This document shows positions 49,924 to 59,943 of a DNA stretch of 64,000 nt, piece by piece. The DNA lies in assembly GCA_038531675.1 (NCBI GenBank), contig JBCBBK010000008.1, positions 30,483 to 94,482 of the forward strand, written 5' to 3'. Source of the DNA: Cyanobacteria bacterium J06581_3 (lineage in GTDB: Bacteria > Cyanobacteriota > Cyanobacteriia > Phormidesmidales > Phormidesmidaceae). Under the pieces are notes generated by a model. It worked only from the letters and a program-made list of their open reading frames with translations. It was not told the DNA's origin and did no database searches. The position numbers and the translations under genes are program-made. Positions within the stretch are counted from its first letter, which is position 1. Each line of letters opens with the position of its first letter.

Positions 49924-50877
49924 ATGCAATCAGTGTTTCCTATTTTCTACAGTGAGCGTTTTACCCATCATGACGCCGGATCGCATCACCCTGAAAACCC
50001 AGGTCGTTTGACCGCCATTGTTGAACATTTGGAAAGGGCTCAGTCATCGACTGCCCAACGTGATCGCTGGGCCCAAAAAAATCGCTGGTTTGAACCGTCT
50101 GATCGGCTGGTATTAGACGCTGTTCACAAGGTGCATGACCCTGACTATGTAGCGGCTCTCAAAGCCTTTTCTGCCAAGGGAGGTGGGCGCCTGGATGCTG
50201 ATACAGCGATGAATCAGCAAAGCTATGAGGTGGCGTTACTCGCCGTGGCGGCCTGGCTAGATGGGGTGGACTGGGTGTGGCAGCATGACGCGCCGGCGTT
50301 TGCCTTGGTGCGCCCACCGGGACATCATGCAGAGCGCGATCGCGCCATGGGCTTTTGTTTGCTTTCTAACGCGGCGATCGCTGCCCACTACGCCATCGAT
50401 CAGCTGGGTGCCCAGCGCGTCGCCATTTTGGATTGGGACGTGCACCACGGCAACGGGACCCAGGCCCTGGTTGCTAGCCATCCGCAAATTGCTTATTGCT
50501 CGTTTCACCAGGGCGGGGCTTATCCTGGCACGGGCGCTGCTACCGAAACCGGTCTGTTTCAAAACGTGCTGAATCTGCCACTGCCAGCGGGCAGTCAGCT
50601 CAGCGACTACCAAACGCCCTGGACTCAGCAGGCAAAGCCTTTTTTGGCGGACTTTAATGCTGACATTTTGCTGGTGAGCGCTGGCTACGATGCCAACTTA
50701 GACGATCCGCTGGCGGGCATGTGTTTGCATCCAGAGGACTATGGCTGGTTTACTCAAGAGTGTCTGTCGCTGACGCCCAAAATTCTATTTGGGCTTGAAG
50801 GCGGCTACGATTATCCAACCTTGGCAAGCTCTGTCGCTGCAACGATTCGCACGGTCTGTAAAACTCTGAAAACTTAG
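49924..50877 (+). CDS. Histone deacetylase-family protein
   Basis: HPENPGRL, RPPGHHA, GFCLLSNAAI, ILDWDVHHGNGTQ, SAGYDA..DDPL, LEGGY; ATG at 49924. Confidence 0.92.
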   Translation: MQSVFPIFYSERFTHHDAGSHHPENPGRLTAIVEHLERAQSSTAQRDRWAQKNRWFEPSDRLVLDAVHKVHDPDYVAALKAFSAKGGGRLDADTAMNQQSYEVALLAVAAWLDGVDWVWQHDAPAFALVRPPGHHAERDRAMGFCLLSNAAIAAHYAIDQLGAQRVAILDWDVHHGNGTQALVASHPQIAYCSFHQGGAYPGTGAATETGLFQNVLNLPLPAGSQLSDYQTPWTQQAKPFLADFNADILLVSAGYDANLDDPLAGMCLHPEDYGWFTQECLSLTPKILFGLEGGYDYPTLASSVAATIRTVCKTLKT

Positions 50878-50891
50878 GAGGAAAAAGCAAG

Positions 50892-51950
50892 GTGTTTTGG
50901 TTCTTTCGCGCGTTCTTGAATCTATTTAGGCGATCGCCCGCCCCTGCCAACCGTCTTCCCCCATCGAACCTGTTAGACACCCAGCCAGATACCTCTATGC
51001 CCTCAGAAAATCAGACTGCCGCGTCTGCGCGATCGCTCGGAGAACATCTCAGCCCCCAAAACAACAAAAACCGCCCCTCTTCCTTCGAGAACCTGAAACC
51101 GGTGCTCAATGTACTACGGGCCTACACCGTTACCTTTGGACGCCCCGACGCTGCGCTCGATTTGCGAGCGGTGGTCGGCGCTATCGTTGCCAACATAGAC
51201 ACTGTATCTATCGAAAATAGCCAGCTAGAAGGTTTTATGGATGAGGTCATAGCTGCCTACGACAGCCTCGGTATGGAGTCCTCGTTTGTCGATGTCACCG
51301 CTCAGCTGCTGGCCGAGCAGGCCGCCGTCTGGCTCAAAGAGCAGAAAGCCACCGTTACAAACGTGGTGAGTGCCTATCTTCAGCAGTTTGCCGACAGTGG
51401 CGAAACCTGGGAGCCGAACCGGGTGTTGAACCTGGTGCAAACGGTGATTGCCACGCTTAACGATGGGTCACTAAGTAAATCCGGCGGGCGATCGCTCGTA
51501 AACAAAGTTATCGATACCTTTGAGCTAGATCAGGCCCTTGGCCGGTGGGTCGCCCCTGAGTGGATCGCCCTGGCCCAGCGGGTCGCCAGCTATGTCGAAA
51601 AAGGCGATTTGCAGTCGACTGTACAGTCCATCGCCTGGTCCTATGTTCAGCAGTTTCAGGCAATTTTGAGTCCACAGCTGTTAGAGCAAATTATTGAAAG
51701 AGGACCACTTAACCTATCGCCTGCTGAGGTGCTCTCTGGCGATTTGAATGAGTTTTCTAACATGCTGTACTACAAGTTTCAGCTATTAGAAGCTGATCCG
51801 GTCGTGACTAAATCTGAGGTGGCGATCGCCGCCGATGTGCACAAGGCCATCAAAGATTTTAAGCAACGCAACAAGCCCAATATCGACGTTACCAAAGGGA
51901 TTCAAACCAGCGATTTAGAAATTAGCAGTCCTTTTACCCGCACTGACTAG
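50892..51950 (+). CDS. Hypothetical protein (352 aa, helical)
   Basis: Long ORF with coding-like composition; no recognisable motif. Confidence 0.7.
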   Translation: MFWFFRAFLNLFRRSPAPANRLPPSNLLDTQPDTSMPSENQTAASARSLGEHLSPQNNKNRPSSFENLKPVLNVLRAYTVTFGRPDAALDLRAVVGAIVANIDTVSIENSQLEGFMDEVIAAYDSLGMESSFVDVTAQLLAEQAAVWLKEQKATVTNVVSAYLQQFADSGETWEPNRVLNLVQTVIATLNDGSLSKSGGRSLVNKVIDTFELDQALGRWVAPEWIALAQRVASYVEKGDLQSTVQSIAWSYVQQFQAILSPQLLEQIIERGPLNLSPAEVLSGDLNEFSNMLYYKFQLLEADPVVTKSEVAIAADVHKAIKDFKQRNKPNIDVTKGIQTSDLEISSPFTRTD

Positions 51951-52124
51951 ATAGGCCTATTTGCCCTAGCGTGGCATAGGCAACCGTGGATCTATTGATA
52001 AAGATAATTTGATAATGGTCTAGTCAGAACGACTGAAGGGTGTTAGATTGCTGCGATATTGGGGTGAGCATACCCACCTCCATTCGCTCACCATTTTGCG
52101 AACGATTCCCCTACAGGTTGAACA

Positions 52125-52508
52125 ATGGCCTTTTTTGAGAACTTTACTTCTGTTATTCGAGACAAGTGGCTAGACTACTTTAGAGCGAACCGCACCTGGC
52201 TAGAAGTACAGATGGCTACGACGTCCGTCCGTACGCCAGAAGGTGGCCGTCGTCCTTCTTCTTTCCTGATTTTAGGCGTCGTCAACGCCCTAGAGCCAAA
52301 ACTATCGAACCTGATGGTGCCGTTTTATCAGCTCAATTCCGACGAAGACGCCCTGATTGATGTTCTGGGGTTAAATTTTGACCCTGAAGCTGTTTTGGAC
52401 AATGGCGAAGTCGGAAAAACTATTGATGCCTCACCCGAAGGCGATACACCCCTCCTCGGCAGTGAGCCCACCTTGGATAAAGATGTCGACGCTTGGCCCC
52501 CCAGCTAA
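52125..52508 (+). CDS. DUF5331-family protein
   Basis: IRDKWLDYFRANRTWL...TPEGGRRPSSFLILGVVNALEPKL...LGLNFDP. Confidence 0.8.
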   Translation: MAFFENFTSVIRDKWLDYFRANRTWLEVQMATTSVRTPEGGRRPSSFLILGVVNALEPKLSNLMVPFYQLNSDEDALIDVLGLNFDPEAVLDNGEVGKTIDASPEGDTPLLGSEPTLDKDVDAWPPS

Positions 52509-52538
52509 TAGCAATGTCAGCTAGGTTGACCAATTGGA

Positions 52539-52580
52539 ATCAGCCAGTCAAAACCAGCCAGTTGAAACCAGCCAATTCAC
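52539..52580 (+). repeat. Three 14-bp-period units with a cagcca core
   Basis: cagcca at 52541, 52555 and 52569 (aatcagccagtcaa / aaccagccagttga / aaccagccaattca). Confidence 0.75.
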
Positions 52581-52661
52581 ATTAAAGGCCGCTAATCACC
52601 CTGAACAGCAAAGGGCTCGTGATACGATTGTTTGGCAATTTACGTACAGGCGGATAAGTCC

Positions 52662-53165
52662 ATGGTAGATCGTCCTATCAAGAAGAGCGATCGTGAAGCT
52701 GCTGCCCAGCAAACAGACCAGCAAACGGGCCAGCAATCAGGTGGTTCAGAGGCTAAACCAGCTAAGCGCAATGTTCCGCCTCCAATCAAAAAGGCTGACC
52801 GCAAAGATGGTGGCCCAGCTAGTGATCAACCCGTCGATTTGACTCAACCCTACGATCGCGACAAAGATGATCGTGGACGCGGCGGTAGAGACGGTGGCCG
52901 AGGCCGAGGTAAAGGACGCGGGCGTGATAAAGATAGCGCTTCTAAAGGCCCAACGAACCCAGCGCTGATGCGGGGTCCTAAGCCCACTAAGAAAGTTGAA
53001 AAGTCCGAAGAAGCTGTGGAAGAGACCGCTGAAGCAACTGATATAGAAACTGCAACAGAAACTGAGGCGACAGCTGAGACGACTGGTACAGCGGAAACAA
53101 CTGCCGCCGCAGAGACAGGTGCTGAACCCGCTGCGGAAGCGACCCCAGAAACTGCCGCCGAGTGA
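52662..53165 (+). CDS. Low-complexity hypothetical protein (RG-rich middle, Glu/Thr/Ala-rich tail)
   Basis: MVDRPIKKSDR...GRGGRDGGRGRGKGRGR...NPALMRGPKP; ATG at 52662. Confidence 0.75.
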   Translation: MVDRPIKKSDREAAAQQTDQQTGQQSGGSEAKPAKRNVPPPIKKADRKDGGPASDQPVDLTQPYDRDKDDRGRGGRDGGRGRGKGRGRDKDSASKGPTNPALMRGPKPTKKVEKSEEAVEETAEATDIETATETEATAETTGTAETTAAAETGAEPAAEATPETAAE

Positions 53166-53204
53166 TCATAGCCAAGCGGCAGTGTTCAAAACAGGTCATA
53201 ACAC

Positions 53205-53243
53205 CATAGAAAAAGGCCGCTATAACAGCGGCCTTTTTCTATG
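53205..53243. terminator. Bidirectional terminator (17-bp stem)
   Basis: catagaaaaaggccgct / agcggcctttttctatg. Confidence 0.9.
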
Positions 53244-53330
53244 ACTCTCGTGCTATGGGAGAGGATTTGTTTTCCCGCAGGGCGATTTGGACTCAACCTA
53301 CGCTCAACACCTACGTCAGGAAAAATAGAC

Positions 53331-53388
53331 AAAAAAATTCCCTAGTGCTCAAACGAGCAGCCAGGGAATTGTCAGGGTGCATCTACCA
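53331..53388 (-). ncRNA. NsiR1-like small RNA, copy 1
   Basis: 5' TGGTAGATGCACCCTGA, then hairpin aattccct/agggaatt and a U tract; TCCTGA at 53417-53422 about 35 nt upstream. NsiR1 identity is from recall, not from a search. Confidence 0.65.
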
Positions 53389-53482
53389 GTTAACTATTCC
53401 CAAAAGAATCCTGGTGTCAGGACGAAAGTAAGCAAAAAATCCAGGCAAACGGTCTAGCGAGAATTCCCAGCGAAAATCACCC

Positions 53483-53554
53483 AAAAAAAATCCTCAGCCA
53501 CCTGCAAGAAAGTACGTACAGGAAGGCTGAGGAAACATCAGGGTGCATCTACCA
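53483..53554 (-). ncRNA. NsiR1-like small RNA, copy 2
   Basis: Identical 17-nt 5' end, hairpin tcctcagcc/ggctgagga and a U8 tract; TCCTGA(53584-53589)-N18-GTACTA promoter. Confidence 0.65.
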
Positions 53555-53727
53555 CTTACTAGTACGCCTGTTAGAACGTCCTATCAGGACGGTTCGTACA
53601 CAATAGCAGTCAGTAATTGTGCTGATAAATACACCCTCACCCCGTCAAAATAAGTCAGTTAGAATTTACGCTACGGTGAACTCACCCTAGCTTCATAGCT
53701 GCACTATCGCTTTATTGGCCCATTCTT

Positions 53728-55551
53728 GTGAAGAGATCATTCCTCCTGGCTGCTTTATTGCTGAGCACACTCGTCGGACTGCCCGGCTGCGTACAGCTCG
53801 GCAGCACTGCTCGCCCCAACGACCCGGCACAGTCGGAAACCTCTACAGACGGTGCGACGGTGCTGCGATTGCTATATGGCCGTGTTCCCACGACGCTCAA
53901 CCCTCATCTAGCCAACGGCTTCCAAGACTTTGAAGCTGCTCGCATTATTTACGAGCCCCTCGCCACTTATGAAACGGATGGTCGCATGGTGCCTGTGCTT
54001 GCGGCGCTAGTGCCAACGCCGGAAAATGGAGGAATTTCTGCGGACGGACGCACTGTCACCTGGCGCCTAAAGTCCGATGTGCGCTGGTCCGATGGCCAGC
54101 CGTTTACTGCCGAAGATGTGGTGTTCACCTACGAATTCGTCAGCAATCCGCTCATGGCCGCTGTGACCGAAAAGTACTACGAAGCGATTGAAAAAGTAGA
54201 AGCGGTAGATCCCTTAACAGTCAAAATCACCTTCAAAGCGCCCAATCCATCCTGGGCACTGCCGTTTACTGGGCAAAACGGCATGATTTTACCTAAGCAT
54301 ATTTTCTCGCAGGCGCAAGGTCGTGGCGCTCGTCAGGCAGCGTCTACCCTTTTGCCTGTGGGGACGGGCCCCTATCGCTTCATTACCATCAGCGGAGAGC
54401 GCTGGACTTTTGGGGCCAACGAACAGTTTCGAGAAGGCTCGCCCACCTTTGACCTGGTTGAATTAGAAGGCGGCGTTACGCCCTATGTCGCCGCGAGGCG
54501 TGTACTGCAAGATGGCACTGCCGATTTTGTACACAATTTGCAGCTCAGTATTGACGATCGCGTAGAGCTTGCTACCCAAGGATCCGGGCGGATCGTAGCG
54601 ACCTTTGGTGCCTATGTAGAACGGATTATGCTCAATCCTACCGATCCGAACAAGGTGACCAAAACAGGCGAACGGTCCAGCCTCGAAAATCCACATCCTT
54701 TTTTGAGCGACGTGACCGTGCGTAAGGCGATCGCCCATGGGATTAATCGAGCTGCGATCGCCAACGAAGTTTACGGAAACGCTGGTCAGCGCGTCAATCA
54801 GCTGCTCCCCTTTCCTACCGAATATGTCGACCCAGCGCTTTCCCACCGGTACGATCCTGCGCTGGCCAATCAGCTACTAGATACAGCTGGTTGGATTGAT
54901 AGTAACAACAACGGCATCCGCGACAAAGACGGCGTAGAAATGCGCATCGCGTTTCAAACGCCCATTAATCCTGTTCGTCAGCAAACCCAGCTGATGGTCA
55001 AAGAAGATCTGCAAAAAATCGGTGTCGACGTCTCACTGCGCCGGATCACTGTAGACGATTTTTTCTCGGCAGACCCCAGGCAAACTCGTAGCCTCAACCA
55101 CTTCTATGCCGACATGCAAGAGTACAACACGGGCAGTGATACGCCCGATCCCACTATCTACATGAGCTGGTGGCTGTGCGATGAAATTGCCACGCGCGAA
55201 AACAACTGGCAGAAGCCCAACAATGCTCGCTACTGCAACGAAGAATACGACAAAGTTTGGCAGCAGGCTAGCCAGGAGCTAGATCCTCAAAAGCGTGCCA
55301 AACTTTTTCAACAGCTCAACACTATTTTGATGAATGATGTTGCGGTTATTCCCCTAGTTCGCCGGGCGGTGACTAATGGAATTAGCGATCGCATCACAGG
55401 CGTAGACCCTACCCCCTGGGACGCCAGCACCTGGGATATTGGTACCTGGCAGCTTAGTGATTCACCCGCAAGTTCTGACACAGAAGCAGCTGACCCGCAA
55501 GAATCCGAAACAACTCCAAAAGAAGTGCTTCCAACAGGCGACGAGCAATAA
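53728..55551 (+). CDS. Peptide ABC transporter substrate-binding lipoprotein (SBP family 5)
   Basis: Lipobox LPGC; TLNPHL, IYEPLA, WSDGQPFTAEDVVFT, PVGTGPYR, HPFLSD.TVRKAI. Confidence 0.9.
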   Translation: MKRSFLLAALLLSTLVGLPGCVQLGSTARPNDPAQSETSTDGATVLRLLYGRVPTTLNPHLANGFQDFEAARIIYEPLATYETDGRMVPVLAALVPTPENGGISADGRTVTWRLKSDVRWSDGQPFTAEDVVFTYEFVSNPLMAAVTEKYYEAIEKVEAVDPLTVKITFKAPNPSWALPFTGQNGMILPKHIFSQAQGRGARQAASTLLPVGTGPYRFITISGERWTFGANEQFREGSPTFDLVELEGGVTPYVAARRVLQDGTADFVHNLQLSIDDRVELATQGSGRIVATFGAYVERIMLNPTDPNKVTKTGERSSLENPHPFLSDVTVRKAIAHGINRAAIANEVYGNAGQRVNQLLPFPTEYVDPALSHRYDPALANQLLDTAGWIDSNNNGIRDKDGVEMRIAFQTPINPVRQQTQLMVKEDLQKIGVDVSLRRITVDDFFSADPRQTRSLNHFYADMQEYNTGSDTPDPTIYMSWWLCDEIATRENNWQKPNNARYCNEEYDKVWQQASQELDPQKRAKLFQQLNTILMNDVAVIPLVRRAVTNGISDRITGVDPTPWDASTWDIGTWQLSDSPASSDTEAADPQESETTPKEVLPTGDEQ

Positions 55552-55637
55552 ATGCCAAGAATACGAAACAAAATAGCCACGCCTTACTGGCGCGGCTGTT
55601 TCAATTTGCATGAACTCTTGAGCGGATTAGCTGAGGG

Positions 55638-55928
55638 TTAAACTACTTCAGCTTCTACATCAACGGTATCTTCTGCTTCAGCAACTGCAGTTTCTTCGCC
55701 TTTGCCTTTTTTTAGATAATCCATCGCCAGAGAAGACAGCTCAGTTACAAGCAAAGTTGCCAGGATACCGTCATCTAGCCAGCCGATAATCGGAAAAATG
55801 TCTGGGGAGATATCGATAGGGCTAACGAGATAGAACGCAGTACCCACGATAATGGCCCAGCGCCATTTGGGATGACGCAGCGCGCCACGATACCAGCTAT
55901 AGAACGACTCAATCAAGTTGTTGTTCAT
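55638..55928 (-). CDS. YkvA/DUF1232-family protein
   Basis: YLVSPIDISPDIFPIIGWLDDG motif. Confidence 0.9.
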   Translation of the reverse strand: MNNNLIESFYSWYRGALRHPKWRWAIIVGTAFYLVSPIDISPDIFPIIGWLDDGILATLLVTELSSLAMDYLKKGKGEETAVAEAEDTVDVEAEVV

Positions 55929-56144
55929 AGGGGCTGTCCTTGTCAGTGCCTATTCAATATTGCAAGATTAGCGGCAATCTGCGAGTGGTGATATCCCTCC
56001 ACAGCATTAATTTGCCAGCCTCTTACTCTTTCTCTTTGTGCTGCCACGGCCATTTCATCTGCGTGCCCATTTCCGTTTTCGCTGAAAACACCAGATAGAC
56101 GATGAGCAAGCACATGCTGCCTAAGAAGAGTCCTATATCCTGGC

Positions 56145-57977
56145 TCATGCGGGGACCTCGACGGTCTCGCTGCCTGCCAACCCAAAGGCTGCATGGACGA
56201 CGCGAAGTGACTCTACACCTTTATCTCTTTTGACCACACAGCTAATCTTAATCTCAGAGGTCGCAATCATCTGAATATTGATATTGGCTTTGGAAAGTGA
56301 CTGAAACATAGCCGCAGCAATACCAGGACGGTGGATCATGCCGATGCCGACCACGCTTACTTTGGCGATCGCATCGTCCACTAGCACCTCCCCACAGCCC
56401 AAATCGGTCGCTGCCGCTTGCAATACCTCCTTAGCTACTTGGGCATCACTTTGCGCCACCGTGCAGGCAATATCTCGGGTCATTACCCCCTGATGCAAGC
56501 GACTGCGCTGGGATTGAATAATCATATCCACACTGATGCCGCGATCCGCCAAGATTTGAAAAATCCGCGCGGCCATGCCAGGCCGATCGGGCACATGGCG
56601 AATCGCCAGCTGTGCCTGGTGAAGATCTAGCGCCGCGCCGCGCACAGACGGCAGGTCGGCAACATCGAGGTGCTTAGGTTGATCGAGCCGCGCTGGTGAG
56701 CTGCACACATCGAAGTGCTTGCACAGAGTGGCGATCGCCCGGTCCCCATCTTCTTCTGCAATCGTACAACTCACCTTCACTTCAGACGTAGAAATCATCT
56801 GAATATTGACCCCAGCCGTCGCCAGTGCGGTAAACATGCCTGCGGCCACCCCAGGGCGACCGATCATTCCCGCCCCCGCGATACTAATTTTGGCAATATT
56901 CTGTGCCGTTTGTACTTCAGCTTCATCCTGCGCACCCACCTCGCTGCGCAGTACCGGAGCAATATGCTCCACCACGCTTTCGGCCTGGCTCAATGTGCTT
57001 GAGCGCACCGTAAACGCAATATCGTTCAAATTGCCCTCATGAATTGACTGAATCACCAAATCCACATTCAGCGACTGAAGCGCCAGTTCACCAAACAGCT
57101 GCGCGGCCACTCCAGGCCGATCGGGCACCCGTAGCAGCGCCACCTTCGCCTGATCCGCGTCAAATTCCACCGCATCTACCGGGTGGGCAATCTCTAATCC
57201 TTCCAGCGCCCGAGGCTGGGGCGCTGGCGAGGTCACCCGTGTCCCTGGCTCGTCGGTCCAGCTAGAGCGCACGACCAGCGTAATCCCGTAGTTTCGGGCA
57301 ATTTCCACCGCCCGAGGGTGCAGCACGCTAGCCCCTAAGCTGGCCAGCTCTAGCATTTCATCGCAGGTAATCTCTGTCATCAGCCGCGCATTGGGCACCA
57401 CTCGAGGATCAGACGTCAAAATCCCTGGCACATCTGTATAAATTTCGCAGCGTTCCGCCTGCATCGCTGCCGCCAGTGCCACCGCAGAGGTATCCGAGCC
57501 GCCCCGACCCAGGGTTGTAATTTCGCCTACCAGGCTCATCGTATCGTCAGGGTCCAAACTCATTCCCTGGAAACCAGCGACGACAATGACCTTGCCCTCA
57601 GCCAGATGACGCTCCAGTCGATTGGGTTTAACATCCAAAATGCGAGCACGGGTGTGGTCTGCTTCGGTGACAATGCCAACCTGAGCACCCGTGAGTGAAA
57701 TCGCCGCCTGGCCTTGCTCGTGTAGCGCCATGCTCAATAGCGCGATCGTCACCTGCTCGCCTGTCGAAAGCAGCATATCCATTTCCCGGCGGCTGGGATT
57801 ATCCGAAATTTGGCTTGCTAAATCCACTAGGCCGTCGGTACTCTTGCCCATGGCCGACACTACAACGATGACTGAATTACCGGCTTGCACTGTCGACTGT
57901 ATTCGCCTAGCCACTGCCTGGATGCGCTCCACACTGCCTACCGACGTGCCACCGTACTTTTGAACAATCAACCCCAC
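56145..57977 (-). CDS. lysC: Aspartate kinase with multiple ACT domains
   Basis: VQKYGGTSV, VVVSAMG, LGRGGSDTSAV, IYTDVPG; repeated VPDRPG and IQMISTSE ACT units. Confidence 0.96.
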   Translation of the reverse strand: MGLIVQKYGGTSVGSVERIQAVARRIQSTVQAGNSVIVVVSAMGKSTDGLVDLASQISDNPSRREMDMLLSTGEQVTIALLSMALHEQGQAAISLTGAQVGIVTEADHTRARILDVKPNRLERHLAEGKVIVVAGFQGMSLDPDDTMSLVGEITTLGRGGSDTSAVALAAAMQAERCEIYTDVPGILTSDPRVVPNARLMTEITCDEMLELASLGASVLHPRAVEIARNYGITLVVRSSWTDEPGTRVTSPAPQPRALEGLEIAHPVDAVEFDADQAKVALLRVPDRPGVAAQLFGELALQSLNVDLVIQSIHEGNLNDIAFTVRSSTLSQAESVVEHIAPVLRSEVGAQDEAEVQTAQNIAKISIAGAGMIGRPGVAAGMFTALATAGVNIQMISTSEVKVSCTIAEEDGDRAIATLCKHFDVCSSPARLDQPKHLDVADLPSVRGAALDLHQAQLAIRHVPDRPGMAARIFQILADRGISVDMIIQSQRSRLHQGVMTRDIACTVAQSDAQVAKEVLQAAATDLGCGEVLVDDAIAKVSVVGIGMIHRPGIAAAMFQSLSKANINIQMIATSEIKISCVVKRDKGVESLRVVHAAFGLAGSETVEVPA

Positions 57978-58360
57978 GATTTGTTTTCCTCAACTGCCAA
58001 ACTCATCACCATACTTTATGACAACATTTCCGGGCTGCCGATAGCAATTTCAGCGGTTTGACTTTACATTTCTGTAGCAATTTTGACCTTAAAAATCAGG
58101 CCACACAATTTACCCATCAGCCAAGTCCCTGCTTCGTCAGCAAATTAGGTTTAATTACTCACTATTTTTATCGTAGAAATATAAATAGCCGGGAACTGTA
58201 TACATGAGCGCTGGTAGGCGCTTTTACCCTTTCACCCAAGCCATGGACAATAACAATTTCCCGTAAAGTCATGGCTAGGCAGTGGCAAAAATTGTGCCCT
58301 CGAGATATAAACTTTAGTTAAGCTACAAGCATTGAGTTAAAAAATAACTGGTTGCGAACT

Positions 58361-59800
58361 ATGACAGCAGTCTTGCAGGCCCGACCGACCTCTACCCAAG
58401 CAACTACGGGAAAGACCTCGGAGAAGAGCGCCCGACACCACGTCGTTATCGTCGGCGGTGGCTTTGGTGGGCTATATGCAGCAAAGGCCCTCGACGCCGC
58501 AAACGTCAAGGTTACCCTCATAGACAAGCGCAACTTTCACCTTTTTCAGCCCCTGCTGTATCAGGTGGCTACTGGCGGCCTGTCAGCGGGTGATATTTCA
58601 TCGCCCCTACGCTCTGTACTCAGTAAGCAAAAGAATGTCCGCGTCCTCATGGGCGAAGTCGTGGGTATCGAGCCCAAAGCCAATCAGATTCGGCTTAAGA
58701 GCGGTGAGGCTATTGGCTACGACAGTCTGATTATGGCGACAGGCTCTAGCCACCACTACTTTGGGAAAGACGAGTGGTCGGACATTGCGCCTGGCATGAA
58801 AACAATTGAGGATGCGCTCGAAGTGCGTCGGCGTATCTTTCTGGCTTTTGAGGCAGCTGAGCAAGAAACTGACCCAGCGCGGCGAAAAGCGCTGCTGACC
58901 TTCTTTATTGTTGGCGGCGGGCCTACGGGTGTAGAGCTTGCTGGTGCACTGGCAGAGCTGGCCTACGAAACGCTTAGCGAAGATTTCCGCAGCATTAATC
59001 CTGGTGAAACGAAGGTTGTATTGCTAGAAGGTATGGATAGAGTGTTACCTCCTTATCCTGGTGATTTGTCTGTCGCGGCGAAGAAGTCCTTAGAAAAGCT
59101 GGGTGTTGAAGTGCGCACGGGCACGCTAGTGACGAACATTGAGGGCGATACGGTTACCCTCAAAACGGGCACCAAAGAAGCCCCCAAAGAAGAAAAGGTT
59201 CAGGCCTTTACCGTGCTATGGGCAGCGGGGATTAAGGCCTCGCCGATGGGTAAGGCGATCGCCGACCAAACAGGCGCCCAGCTCGACCGCATCGGTCGCA
59301 TCATCGTAGAGCCTGACCTCAGCGTCCCAGGATGCCCCAACATCTTTATTGCGGGTGACTTAGCCCACTACGCTCATCAAAGCGACAGCCCTTTGCCCGG
59401 TACCGCCTCTACCGCCATGCAGCAGGGCGAGTACCTGGCAAAATCTCTCAAGCAGCGTCTGGCGAAAAAGCAGATCAGCGCCTTTGAATACAAAGACAAA
59501 GGCAGCATGGCCGTTATTGGTCGTAACGAAGCCGTTGCCGATTTAGGCTTCACAAAGCTCTCTGGCTTCCCCGCCTGGATTATCTGGATCTTCGTTCACA
59601 TCTACTACCTGATTGAATTTGATAATAAGCTGCTAGTGATGCTCCAGTGGGGCTGGCATTACTTCACCAGCCAGCGTGGAGCCCGGTTAATTACCGGAGA
59701 TGCCACTATTCCAGCGCTCTCTGCCTTGGTGATCGATGAAATGTCCCTGGGCGAAGAGTCTTTGCCGAATGCGGACAATGCTGAAGTAGCCGAAGCCTAG
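58361..59800 (+). CDS. Type II NADH dehydrogenase (NDH-2)
   Basis: VVIVGGGFGGL, FQPLLYQVATG, IVGGGPTGVELAG, AGDLA, YKDKGSMAVIGR; ATG at 58361. Confidence 0.92.
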   Translation: MTAVLQARPTSTQATTGKTSEKSARHHVVIVGGGFGGLYAAKALDAANVKVTLIDKRNFHLFQPLLYQVATGGLSAGDISSPLRSVLSKQKNVRVLMGEVVGIEPKANQIRLKSGEAIGYDSLIMATGSSHHYFGKDEWSDIAPGMKTIEDALEVRRRIFLAFEAAEQETDPARRKALLTFFIVGGGPTGVELAGALAELAYETLSEDFRSINPGETKVVLLEGMDRVLPPYPGDLSVAAKKSLEKLGVEVRTGTLVTNIEGDTVTLKTGTKEAPKEEKVQAFTVLWAAGIKASPMGKAIADQTGAQLDRIGRIIVEPDLSVPGCPNIFIAGDLAHYAHQSDSPLPGTASTAMQQGEYLAKSLKQRLAKKQISAFEYKDKGSMAVIGRNEAVADLGFTKLSGFPAWIIWIFVHIYYLIEFDNKLLVMLQWGWHYFTSQRGARLITGDATIPALSALVIDEMSLGEESLPNADNAEVAEA

Positions 59801-59823
59801 CTTGAGAGTTTAGCCTCAAAAGC

Positions 59824-59862
59824 AAAGCCTCCCTTGATTGAACGTTCATCAAGGGAGGCTTT
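59824..59862. terminator. Bidirectional terminator / near-perfect palindrome
   Basis: aaagcctcccttgat-tgaacgttc-atcaagggaggcttt. Confidence 0.85.
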
Positions 59863-59943
59863 ATCGTTCGCAGCTGTCCATTTGCTAGCCGATATATAAA
59901 CAAACCAGCTAAACCAGCTAAGGACCACACGTAGGAGCATGAC

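Noticed and set aside
53372-53554. 17-bp direct repeats as a mini-CRISPR
   Set aside because: The repeats are too short and 166 bp apart, and each has its own promoter motif and terminator, which fits sRNA genes better.
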